Virus record (IMG/VR): IMGVR_UViG_3300045988_184255
Length of the DNA stretch: 64,000 bases
DNA from: a virus
Reading direction: 5' to 3' (one strand)
Shown here: piece by piece, positions 27,255 to 35,931 of the stretch
Numbering within the stretch: position 1 is the first letter of the stretch
Layout: each line of letters opens with the position of its first letter
Position numbers and translations under genes: made by a program
Notes under the pieces: model-generated
Database searches by the model: none
Told to the model about the DNA's origin: nothing
The model's input: only the letters and a program-made list of their open reading frames with translations

Positions 27255-28295
27255 ATGGGTAATACATCTATCGGAGCCGCTGCATCTTTCTGCAACGAGA
27301 ACACGCTGGTCAAGGTCTACCGCTATAATCCTAAGTACGACAGGTTCGAGACGACCTTCGTTCCTTTCAAGGACATCCGCAAGAGCGATTCTGTGAGCGT
27401 CTTTGCCAGTGATGGGCACGAGATGCACTTTTCCGTTCTCACAAATGCTTCTTTTAAGAAGGACGAGCGATACGGGAACGAGTGCGGTTGGTCTGTGAAA
27501 GTCACTGAGGACGGCGGCAAGACGGAGATGGTTCTTCGTCCCACCGATTTCGCGCCCTACATCATCAGCCTTTCCGTTACCGACGAAGGAGAGTGGCGCG
27601 GCTGCCGGCTGCTTTTCGAAAGCGTCCTCAACGACACCGAAGCTATCGTCAACAATATGCGGGCGCGATTCGAGCCGCGTGTTGCGCCGGAAAACACCTG
27701 CGGGCGGCATTCCGACACAGTTGCGGCCATGGCGAAGAGAGACCTTACTCGTGAGTGGACGGAGCAGTTCGGCTTCCGGCTCATTTCGGACAGCGTAAAC
27801 TTCGCCCAGTGCAGTGTGAAGGACATTCTCTCTGATAAGTTCTTCAATCCCCCTGCCATGGAGTTGACGTTCTTCGCCTATTCCGACGGCGAGTATTCAG
27901 CGTCCCCCCTGTTCTTTGCCAAACTGCCCGATTTGGGCGAACGGTACAACAAGCCTGAGGGACGTGCTGCAATCGCAGAACTGCTGCAGAAGCTGGATGA
28001 GATGTACGGCGACCTGCCTGAAGACACAACAAAATGGGCTCTGGAGTATCAGCTTTGGGCTCGTATGCTGCTGGCAGAAGGTGCGGTCATGCTGAATCCG
28101 AAGCACCTCGACCTCCCCGACTGCGCCTACGAATTCAAAACGCTGGCTTTCGGTAATAAAATGCTGAAAGACAGCGGTGACGGTATTGCGTGGGCAAAGG
28201 CTGTCAAAACACCTATCAGCGTAATCGCCGAGGCGTGGGAGAATGACATGAGCGAGTCCGGCGATGAGGCTTTTACCTGCATCGTGACGGGCTGA
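27255..28295 (+). CDS. Protein of unknown function (346 aa), first of a tandem paralog pair
   Basis: RBS aaagaaaggagaaaaatt then ATG; shares LTFFAYSDGEYS..PLFFAKLP...YQLWARMLL.EGAVMLNPK with the next gene. Confidence 0.6.
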   Translation: MGNTSIGAAASFCNENTLVKVYRYNPKYDRFETTFVPFKDIRKSDSVSVFASDGHEMHFSVLTNASFKKDERYGNECGWSVKVTEDGGKTEMVLRPTDFAPYIISLSVTDEGEWRGCRLLFESVLNDTEAIVNNMRARFEPRVAPENTCGRHSDTVAAMAKRDLTREWTEQFGFRLISDSVNFAQCSVKDILSDKFFNPPAMELTFFAYSDGEYSASPLFFAKLPDLGERYNKPEGRAAIAELLQKLDEMYGDLPEDTTKWALEYQLWARMLLAEGAVMLNPKHLDLPDCAYEFKTLAFGNKMLKDSGDGIAWAKAVKTPISVIAEAWENDMSESGDEAFTCIVTG

Positions 28296-28309
28296 AAGGA
28301 GAAAAACAT

Positions 28310-29362
28310 ATGGATATGCCGATTTCGAACAAGCGAAAGCTGCACTGCGACGAGAACGTACTGGTCCACATTGTGCGCTACTGCCATGATACGGATGACG
28401 CAGATGGCGACGGCGTCAGAGAGGTGGAAATGTACGTCCCCTTCAAGCACATTTGCAAGGGCGATGCCATTGATATTCCTGATAAGGACACCGACGATGC
28501 CTTCAGAACAACCGCCTATGCTGCGGAAGACGCTTCGTACAACGAGGCTAAGGCGGGTGGTTGGTTTGTGCCGGTCGCCTGCACTGGGCAGAAAGATTAC
28601 ATTCTGAAGCCCGACGATTTCGCACCTTGGCTCGTGACACTGAGCGTTGTGTTCACGAACGGGTCGTCCTGCAAGCTCTTTTTCGAGTGCGTGGAACGAA
28701 GCGAAGAGAAGCTGCGGGCAAACATCCGCAGAATCTTTGACGATGTGCCGACGCTGCGGCATGAGATGGGCTTCGTTGCCCTCGTCCGCCATATGGCATG
28801 GAAGTACCTCACACCGGAAAGAACGGAGCCTCTCGGCTTCAGATTCCTTTCGGATGATGTCGTCTGGAGCAACTGCAAAGTGAAGGACATCCTTCCTGAC
28901 CGGTTCTTCGCGGCGGCTGACATGAAGCTGACGTTTTACGCCTATGCGGAAGATGAGTATTCTGGGAATCCTCTGTTCTTTGCAAAGCTGCCGTATCTCG
29001 GTACGCATCACGGACATCCTGAAGGTTGTGTGATTTGCGCTTCCATCCTGCGGAAACTGGATGAGCTGTATGGCGACCTGCCGACGGAAACGTCCCGTTG
29101 GTCGCTGGAATACCAGCTCTGGGCGCGTATGCTGCTCTCTGAGGGAGCAGTTATGCTCAATCCGAAGTACATTGACTTGCGCCAAGACGGTGCGCTTGAT
29201 GCGCTTCTGGAGGACATTCCGATGATTGATGGTTTCGCCGATGACGTCGCTTGGCGTCGTGTGGCAGGTGTACCCATCGACGAAATCCATGAAGTGTGGG
29301 ATGCGAGTTCGGATGATGGTGTCGCTCCGTTCACCTATACCGTCCGAGCAAAAATCCTTTGA
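28310..29362 (+). CDS. Protein of unknown function (350 aa), second paralog
   Basis: RBS ctgaaaggagaaaaacat then ATG; about 45 percent identical to the upstream neighbour over the C-terminal 200 aa. Confidence 0.6.
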   Translation: MDMPISNKRKLHCDENVLVHIVRYCHDTDDADGDGVREVEMYVPFKHICKGDAIDIPDKDTDDAFRTTAYAAEDASYNEAKAGGWFVPVACTGQKDYILKPDDFAPWLVTLSVVFTNGSSCKLFFECVERSEEKLRANIRRIFDDVPTLRHEMGFVALVRHMAWKYLTPERTEPLGFRFLSDDVVWSNCKVKDILPDRFFAAADMKLTFYAYAEDEYSGNPLFFAKLPYLGTHHGHPEGCVICASILRKLDELYGDLPTETSRWSLEYQLWARMLLSEGAVMLNPKYIDLRQDGALDALLEDIPMIDGFADDVAWRRVAGVPIDEIHEVWDASSDDGVAPFTYTVRAKIL

Positions 29363-29395
29363 TTCTTTCGCTTCAAGACAAACCACATTTTTTCA

Positions 29396-29426
29396 AAAGA
29401 AGCTCCTTCGGGAGCTTCTTTTTTTG
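29396..29426 (+). terminator. Rho-independent terminator (aaaagaagctccttcgggagcttctttttttg)
   Basis: ttcg-loop hairpin plus T-run. Confidence 0.7.
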
Positions 29427-29437
29427 CGCCAAAAGGA

Positions 29438-29575
29438 ATTGACAAAATATCAAACTGTGGTAGTATAGAATTATAATTACGAAGCTATTTTTATAAAGGA
29501 GATTATCTCCGTTTTCAAGTCACCACAAAGAATCAAGACAGTTACTTCCCTTTTCTGGGAAGTGACTGTCTTTTT
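29438..29575 (+). promoter_or_regulatory. Cassette copy 6 (promoter plus leader hairpins; hairpin variant agacagttacttccc ttttct gggaagtgactgtct)
   Basis: Repeat of the cassette with covarying stem bases. Confidence 0.75.
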
Positions 29576-29642
29576 CTATATATAACATTTTTTGGATTCC
29601 CGTAAGTCCTTATTACAGGCTGGGAGAAAGGAGAAAAAGACC

Positions 29643-31520
29643 ATGGCAAATTGTGTACTCTTCAGAAGTAAGAAAGGGTTCGACATCAGTACCCTCCCCT
29701 TCGGGCTGAACCAAATGCCTAACCGCAGCACGACGACGTTCTCCAAGTGGAATGCGCCGCAGAGACCGTCTATGAAGGGGCAATCTACGCTGCACGCCTA
29801 TGCAACCAGAGCATTTCTGGCATATCTGGGTATCCCCGGCTTTGTTGAGGACTATGCTCTGCTGCAGGTCTCTGACAATCTGTGGAGTGCTGAGTTCCGC
29901 GACAACTCTACCGGCACGACCGTGAAGACGCTGCTGTTCACTTATAAGACGGTGTTCCAGACCAATGCGCCTTCTGTCGGTAAACTGGGTGCCGCCGTGA
30001 CGATGCCTTCCGGCCAGTGGGCGGGTACTCCGTCTATCGGTTCTGAGTCTGACGACATCGACCTCAGCGGCGCTATGCTGGCAATGACACCCCAAGTCCT
30101 GTCCCTCTACTACGAGGCACCGGAGTTGGCTGTCGTGGATGACAACTCGGAACTCAAGACCGTCCGTGACGAGATTCTCGCCCTGTGCGCCAAGTACCCC
30201 GCTGATTGGGGCGCTCACATGGTGGAAGCATCTACCGCCTTCAACTATCTGTATATCTTCAGTGATATGTTCTACTATGGCTGTGAGACGGGCAAAGTCC
30301 CGCTGAACGTCCAGAACGGGAACATGGATACGTTGACGCGGCAGAAGGTCAACAACGGCGCTTTCAACGGCACCATCATTGTCGGCACACCTACCATCAT
30401 CGGTGGCACAATGGCCGCCAACAGCACCTCAAGCTCTACCAAGGGCATGACCGTGAAGGCTGCCAAGCTCAGATACGCAGCGTGGGCTGACGCACACCCG
30501 TGGACGCCCGACGAGGAACTGCTGATTCCCACCTTCGATGATGACTTCAAGGTTCAGCCTGAGGTTATCGAGATGGCCGACAAAATCGTCGCTACGTCCA
30601 ATATGCGCGTACCCTTCCGCAACTTCCTGTGGCGCGGCATTACCGGTTACGGTAAGTCTACCGGCACGAAGGTTCTGGCGTGCATCCTGCACACTCCTCG
30701 GCTGGAGCTGACCTGCCATACCGATATGCTGGCGAAGGACCTGATTTCTGAGTTCGTCCCCTGCAATCCCGTGGATGCGGCGCGTGGAGAACTTCCCACG
30801 TTCGATGAGATTTCCTTCGACCCCGAATCCGCGTGGACGACCATGACGGGCGAGGATGGCACGGGCATCACATCTGAGGAATGCTTCGCAAAGTATTCTG
30901 AGCTGTTGGTTGCCCGCGCCGGCTGCACTTCCCCTGTGAAGGTGGTCGAGTCCGCTTTCGTGAAAGCCGTTTCTCGCGGTTACATCTGCGAGATTCAGGA
31001 AATCAGCCGTATCAAGGACTCCGGCGTTATGGTCGCACTGAACCAGTACGACCTGCCGGGTGCTATGATTCCGCTGGTGGACGGCGGTTTCACGTATCGT
31101 CAGAAGGATGCCGTTGTGGTATTCACGGATAACGTCGGCTATGCTTCCTGCCGCCCCATCGACCAGTCTGTTATTCGGCGTTGCCGGATGATTTTCGACA
31201 GCACTGAAATCGAAAAGCAGGCTATGCTGGAGCGCATCAAGTACAACACCGGCTGGAGCCGTGACGACAAGACGCTGAACGCTCTGTACGACGTGTTCGA
31301 GCAGATTCGGAGCTACTGCGCCGACAAGGAAATCACGGAAGGTTCCTGCACTATTTGCGAGCTGGAGTCTCTCGTCTGCTGTGTGCAGTGTGACGACAGA
31401 TACATGGCTCATTTGGAAGATTACATTGACACGTGCCTCATCGCCAAATGCACGAATGACCCCGTCGAGCAGAACGAGATTCGTTCCAATGCGGCGCAGG
31501 TCATCAGCAAGGTGGCGTAG
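29643..31520 (+). CDS. AAA-type ATPase with about 340 aa N-terminal extension (626 aa)
   Basis: Walker A GITGYGKSTGT; hydrophobic-D stretch VVVFTDN; start at ATG 29643 after gggagaaaggagaaaaagacc (the upstream extension overlaps the leader). Confidence 0.55.
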   Translation: MANCVLFRSKKGFDISTLPFGLNQMPNRSTTTFSKWNAPQRPSMKGQSTLHAYATRAFLAYLGIPGFVEDYALLQVSDNLWSAEFRDNSTGTTVKTLLFTYKTVFQTNAPSVGKLGAAVTMPSGQWAGTPSIGSESDDIDLSGAMLAMTPQVLSLYYEAPELAVVDDNSELKTVRDEILALCAKYPADWGAHMVEASTAFNYLYIFSDMFYYGCETGKVPLNVQNGNMDTLTRQKVNNGAFNGTIIVGTPTIIGGTMAANSTSSSTKGMTVKAAKLRYAAWADAHPWTPDEELLIPTFDDDFKVQPEVIEMADKIVATSNMRVPFRNFLWRGITGYGKSTGTKVLACILHTPRLELTCHTDMLAKDLISEFVPCNPVDAARGELPTFDEISFDPESAWTTMTGEDGTGITSEECFAKYSELLVARAGCTSPVKVVESAFVKAVSRGYICEIQEISRIKDSGVMVALNQYDLPGAMIPLVDGGFTYRQKDAVVVFTDNVGYASCRPIDQSVIRRCRMIFDSTEIEKQAMLERIKYNTGWSRDDKTLNALYDVFEQIRSYCADKEITEGSCTICELESLVCCVQCDDRYMAHLEDYIDTCLIAKCTNDPVEQNEIRSNAAQVISKVA

Positions 31521-31599
31521 GCTTGTCCTGAAAGGAGAAGAGAGGCATGGAGCCTCTTTTCTTGCTTTCAGGACCGAAAGCAAGAAAGGAGAAAACATC

Positions 31600-32022
31600 A
31601 TGACTCACAACTATGAGAACGCCAAGTTCTTTAATCACGAGAGCTATAAGGCGCTTTGCGCTAAGGTCGGTGAGTGCATCAAAAACGGCGTCCAGTACGC
31701 TGATAAGATGCTCGACAACATCGAACGGCGCTGCGCCGGTGCTTTCCTCGACTATGTGACGACCGTTGATATGAGCGAAACTCGCATCATCATCGCCCAT
31801 AATCGTCTCGAAGGCGAAGACCTCATCGACACGCTGCAGACTATCGACGCGGGACGCCGGTCGGCACACGAGGCAGCTATGGCTGGATGCAGCATTCTCA
31901 ACCGAATGGCTGTCGCCAACGGTATTGACCCCGTGTTCACTGGCAATCCTGAAGACCGTTTGCAGGTGGCAGATTTCTGCCTTGAGTTTACCGTTGAGAT
32001 TTTCAAGAACCGGCACAAGTGA
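31600..32022 (+). CDS. Small protein (140 aa), unknown
   Basis: RBS gcaagaaaggagaaaacatc then ATG. Confidence 0.5.
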   Translation: MTHNYENAKFFNHESYKALCAKVGECIKNGVQYADKMLDNIERRCAGAFLDYVTTVDMSETRIIIAHNRLEGEDLIDTLQTIDAGRRSAHEAAMAGCSILNRMAVANGIDPVFTGNPEDRLQVADFCLEFTVEIFKNRHK

Positions 32023-32044
32023 ATTTAGAAAGGAGAAATGACGC

Positions 32045-34273
32045 ATGGACCAGAAATCTATCTGGAGGCAAATCCGTGTGGGTGCCAATGAAATGAGCGA
32101 GAAGCTCACGGATGCTGACATCTACACCAGTGAAGCGTTTCGGAGTCATGTGCAGGCGACGGTCGATTCGATGACGAAGGACCTTGACAAGCACATCTCC
32201 GTTTCTCTGATGCATAACCCAAACTCAGACATCACCGCCTGTACTGATGGGAATAATCTTTATCAGAATACGGCGAATAGTGTCATCACGTGGTATAAGC
32301 TCCCCTCCTCACGATTCGCAACGGTTATGGGTATCGTCTATCACGAGTTGGCCCACATCCGATTCCACGACTTCCGCGCCGATGCGCTGGCAGACAAGGA
32401 ATTGGAAGAGAACGGCACACTCTACGGACGGATGCCTGAACCGGACGACGAGACAGAACTGGATGAGATGAAGGAGGCGCTGAAGCATCCTGAATACCGC
32501 AAGGTGTTCAAGTCGCTGCGGGACGAACTCGTCAACTGCATCATCGACGCACACGACGAGGAGCGTATGAGCGACTACTACGGCGGCATTGTTGCACGTG
32601 GTATTGAGATGGCAGCATCTTCCCTTCAGGGACAGCTTCACACGCTGGAAGGCTATACGAATAACAAGAATGAGCCTCTGTCTATCATGACAAGCCTCGT
32701 TCTCCAGTTCGCACGATTTGGTGAAATCCTTGTTGCGGATGAGCAGACGCTCTATACCAATGAGTACGCCAAGAAGCTGACAGACATCTCACAGGCCATT
32801 GAGCTTGCCACCAACACGGATAACCCTAAAGAGCTGTATGCTCAAATCAATGTGATGCTTCTCTTTATGTGGCCTTACATCAAGGACGCAATAGATAAGT
32901 GTGACAAGCAGCAGAATGCTCAGGCAGGCCAAGGCCAGCAGGGGCAAGGTCAGCAGTCCGGCTCCGACCAGAACGGTCAGGGTGGGCAGCAGGGCCAGTC
33001 CTCTTCCGGCGGCAACTCCGGCGGCGGTCAAAACAGCCAGAACCAGCAGGGCGGCGGAGGTGTCTCCCAGCCCAGCGCAAATGCCATTCAGCAGGTGCTC
33101 CAGCAAATCGCTCAGGGCGCACAGAATGGCGGCGGCTCTCAGATGCCCAAGAACCAGAAGGCTTCCAACGTAGCCAAGCAAGCTACCAAGGATGCTCAGT
33201 CTGCTGGTAAGAAAAAGGGCAAGAAGGGCGGCAGCGGTTCCGGCGGTAATGATGCCAATAAGGGCAACGTTCCCGCTGCTGTGGCTGGTAAGAACGGCGA
33301 TGGAAAGGATAAGAATGAGAAGCAGGAGCAAGCTGACAATATGTTGGCAAATGTCCTGCAGACCATCATCTCCTCCGTTGCAGGCGACATGGCCGAAGCC
33401 CAGATGGAACAGGATTTGAAGTCACAAATCATCGCTGATGTTGACATCATGGACCGCAGCTCCACGCACAAGGGTCATAAAATCGACGTCAAACGCGAGG
33501 TTGAAGTAACACCCGCAAACATCAAGCTCTACGGAGAAATGATGGAGGATGTGAAACAGTATTCCAAGCGTTTGGCGAAGCTGATGCAGCAGGAACTGAA
33601 AGACCTGCAAGATGGCGATGTCCGCAGAAATCGGATGTACGGTAGGGATATCGTAGCCAATGATATGTGGCGTCCCGACTGCCGGTACTTCAGCGACACC
33701 AAGCTGCCGCAGGACCTGCCTGACATGGCCGTGGCTGTTCTCGTTGACCAGTCCGGCTCCATGTGCGGACAGCGCATGGGCGCCGCTATGAAGGCCACCA
33801 TGCTCCTGCATGACTTTGCAGAGCGTGTTCATGTTCCTGTCGCTGTGTACGGTCACAATGTGACCATGCATGGTAGGGTCAACCTGTTCGTCTATACGGA
33901 CTTCCTGAAGGCTGGTAAGCGTGACAAGTATCGCCTTGCCAAGCTCTCCACCGGAGGCTGTAACCGTGACGGTGCAGCGCTGGAGGTCGTTGCGAACCTG
34001 CTGAATGCGAGACCTGAGCGCACGAAGCTCCTCATTATCATTTCGGATGGCAAGCCGAATGATGATTCCTATGGTGGAGATTCTGCGGCGAAGGACATCA
34101 AAGACATCGTAGCCCGCAATCGCCGGCGCGGTGTTGAGATTGTTGCAGCAGCTATCGGCGACGACAAAGCGTACCTCAAGAAGATTTACGGCGACCAGTT
34201 CCTTGACATTACTGACCTTTCCACCTTCCCCAAGGCAATGGTCAAAATCGTCAAGAAGCGGTTGAAGGTCTAA
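32045..34273 (+). CDS. Protein with N-terminal HExxH motif, Gln/Gly-rich low-complexity linker, and C-terminal von Willebrand factor A (vWA) domain (742 aa)
   Basis: VYHELAHIRFHD; linker QGQQGQGQQSGSDQNGQGGQQGQSSSGGNSGGG; MIDAS-like LVDQSGSM and LLIIISDGKPND. Confidence 0.7.
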   Translation: MDQKSIWRQIRVGANEMSEKLTDADIYTSEAFRSHVQATVDSMTKDLDKHISVSLMHNPNSDITACTDGNNLYQNTANSVITWYKLPSSRFATVMGIVYHELAHIRFHDFRADALADKELEENGTLYGRMPEPDDETELDEMKEALKHPEYRKVFKSLRDELVNCIIDAHDEERMSDYYGGIVARGIEMAASSLQGQLHTLEGYTNNKNEPLSIMTSLVLQFARFGEILVADEQTLYTNEYAKKLTDISQAIELATNTDNPKELYAQINVMLLFMWPYIKDAIDKCDKQQNAQAGQGQQGQGQQSGSDQNGQGGQQGQSSSGGNSGGGQNSQNQQGGGGVSQPSANAIQQVLQQIAQGAQNGGGSQMPKNQKASNVAKQATKDAQSAGKKKGKKGGSGSGGNDANKGNVPAAVAGKNGDGKDKNEKQEQADNMLANVLQTIISSVAGDMAEAQMEQDLKSQIIADVDIMDRSSTHKGHKIDVKREVEVTPANIKLYGEMMEDVKQYSKRLAKLMQQELKDLQDGDVRRNRMYGRDIVANDMWRPDCRYFSDTKLPQDLPDMAVAVLVDQSGSMCGQRMGAAMKATMLLHDFAERVHVPVAVYGHNVTMHGRVNLFVYTDFLKAGKRDKYRLAKLSTGGCNRDGAALEVVANLLNARPERTKLLIIISDGKPNDDSYGGDSAAKDIKDIVARNRRRGVEIVAAAIGDDKAYLKKIYGDQFLDITDLSTFPKAMVKIVKKRLKV

Positions 34274-34284
34274 CAACAATTAAA

Positions 34285-34311
34285 GAGCCACCCTTCGGGG
34301 TGGCTCTCTTT
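34285..34311 (+). terminator. Hairpin agagccacccttcggggtggctctctttg; a weak terminator or attenuator
   Basis: ttcg-loop GC hairpin with a short T-run; the operon appears to continue past it. Confidence 0.35.
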
Positions 34312-34327
34312 GAAAGGAGATAATGCT

Positions 34328-34564
34328 ATGGATTTAGGTTACATTGCTCCCTGCCCCGTGTGTGGTGGCAAAATCAAGCTGTATTCCCACTGTGGCAAGC
34401 CCGATTGTAAGGCTGTATGTCAGAGTTGCAAAAAGGGGTTTCCGTTCCACGCAAACCTGAAGACCTATGCCGGCACCAAAATCTACGCCAGCAGTATCAG
34501 GAAGAGTGTGCGGATGTGGAACAACACGGTTTCCAAGGAAGTTCTTGCTGATGTTGTTCTTTAA
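34328..34564 (+). CDS. Small zinc-ribbon protein (78 aa)
   Basis: CPVCGG...CGKPDC...CQSC; RBS gaaaggagataatgct. Confidence 0.45.
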   Translation: MDLGYIAPCPVCGGKIKLYSHCGKPDCKAVCQSCKKGFPFHANLKTYAGTKIYASSIRKSVRMWNNTVSKEVLADVVL

Positions 34565-34639
34565 GCCCATTTGCTGCAGGAAGGAGTTGATTTTCTGCAT
34601 ATAAAGATGTATAATAATGTGCAGAAAGGAACTGGTGTT

Positions 34640-35686
34640 ATGAGAAAGTTTGATTATTCTTTCCTCGATACCGGGCTGCTTCCTGCAAGCCTTGTGAACA
34701 TCACGAGCAAAATCTACTCTCTTCGGACTGAAGCCGGCTTCCGCAAGCAGGAGTTTGGAAAAATCTTCACTGAACTGGAATCCATTGCGCGAGTTCAGTC
34801 AGTAAAGAGCTCCAACGCCATTGAGGGCATCGTGACCAGCGACAAGCGCATTGCGGAAATCGTAAACCACAGCAGTGCGCCTCTGAACCATGATGAGGCG
34901 GAAATTGCCGGATACAGAGATGCGCTCAACGCTGTGCATTCAGGATATGAGTACCTGTCCTTCGGCGTTCGTGACATTCTGCAGCTTCATGAAACCATGA
35001 TGGCAGTCGCAGGCGACGAGCACGGTGGACAGTACAAAACGGATGACAATGTGATTCTGGAAGTCGCGGCGGATGGCACGCGGCGTGTGAGGTTTCGTCC
35101 CACACCTGCGGCAGAGACACCGGCTGCTATGGAGCAACTGGAACTGGCCTATTTGGATGCCTGTTCCAACTCCAATATCAGCCAGCTTCTTCTTATTCCC
35201 TGCGTTATTTTGGACTTCCTTTGTATCCATCCATTCCGTGACGGCAACGGCAGAATGTCGAGGTTGCTCTCCCTTCTGCTGCTCTACAAAAACGGCTTCG
35301 ATGTAGGAAAGTACATTTCTTTCGAGGAACAAATCAACCATCACAAGGCGTATTATTACGACGCACTGGAGCAATCCTCGAAGGGCTGGATGGAGAACAA
35401 CAACGACTATGCGCCATTTATTCAAAACTTCTTGTCCATACTGTATCAGTGCTATAAGGAGTTGGATAAGCGGTTTGCAGTCGTCAATGGGAAGAAAATC
35501 ACGAAGATGACGCGAATCGAAGCTACGGTACTTGGCAGCCTGATGCCAATTTCCAAAGCGGAGATATGCGCCATTCATCCTGATGTCAGCCCGTCCACCG
35601 TGGAGGCTGTGCTTGGACGCATGGTGAAGGAAGGGAGCATTAAACGTATCGGAATGTCCAAGAAGGCACGATATGTAAGAGCCTGA
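34640..35686 (+). CDS. Fic-family protein (putative AMPylase or related) (348 aa)
   Basis: Canonical Fic motif HPFRDGNGRMSRLL (HPFx[DE]GNGR) seen directly. Confidence 0.8.
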   Translation: MRKFDYSFLDTGLLPASLVNITSKIYSLRTEAGFRKQEFGKIFTELESIARVQSVKSSNAIEGIVTSDKRIAEIVNHSSAPLNHDEAEIAGYRDALNAVHSGYEYLSFGVRDILQLHETMMAVAGDEHGGQYKTDDNVILEVAADGTRRVRFRPTPAAETPAAMEQLELAYLDACSNSNISQLLLIPCVILDFLCIHPFRDGNGRMSRLLSLLLLYKNGFDVGKYISFEEQINHHKAYYYDALEQSSKGWMENNNDYAPFIQNFLSILYQCYKELDKRFAVVNGKKITKMTRIEATVLGSLMPISKAEICAIHPDVSPSTVEAVLGRMVKEGSIKRIGMSKKARYVRA

Positions 35687-35721
35687 TTAAAGTCTATTAA
35701 GACAAGAAAGGAGAAAGCACA

Positions 35722-35931
35722 ATGACAGCCAAGCTGAAAAGTGATGCGCTGAGAGTTGTCAAGAGACTCCGCTGCTACGGCACGGACGCTGAAGACAACT
35801 TCGGCTGTGGCGATAAGCGGTGCAAGTACCGAGATGTGGACGGTGCCTGCAACATTAACAGCCTTGAAGCTGATGCTGCCGAAGTGATAGAGAAATTGTT
35901 GAAGGAGGTTGAAAAGTTTGAACATCGCTGA
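35722..35931 (+). CDS. Small Cys-containing protein (69 aa)
   Basis: RBS gacaagaaaggagaaagcaca then ATG. Confidence 0.45.
   Translation: MTAKLKSDALRVVKRLRCYGTDAEDNFGCGDKRCKYRDVDGACNINSLEADAAEVIEKLLKEVEKFEHR

Noticed and set aside
28127-31601. Minus-strand ORFs 28127..29386 and 30429..31601, and similar ones at 41438..42403 (+) and 44951..46294 (-)
   Set aside because: They are antisense to well-supported genes (paralog pair, ATPase, flotillin, membrane protein) and lack translation signals.
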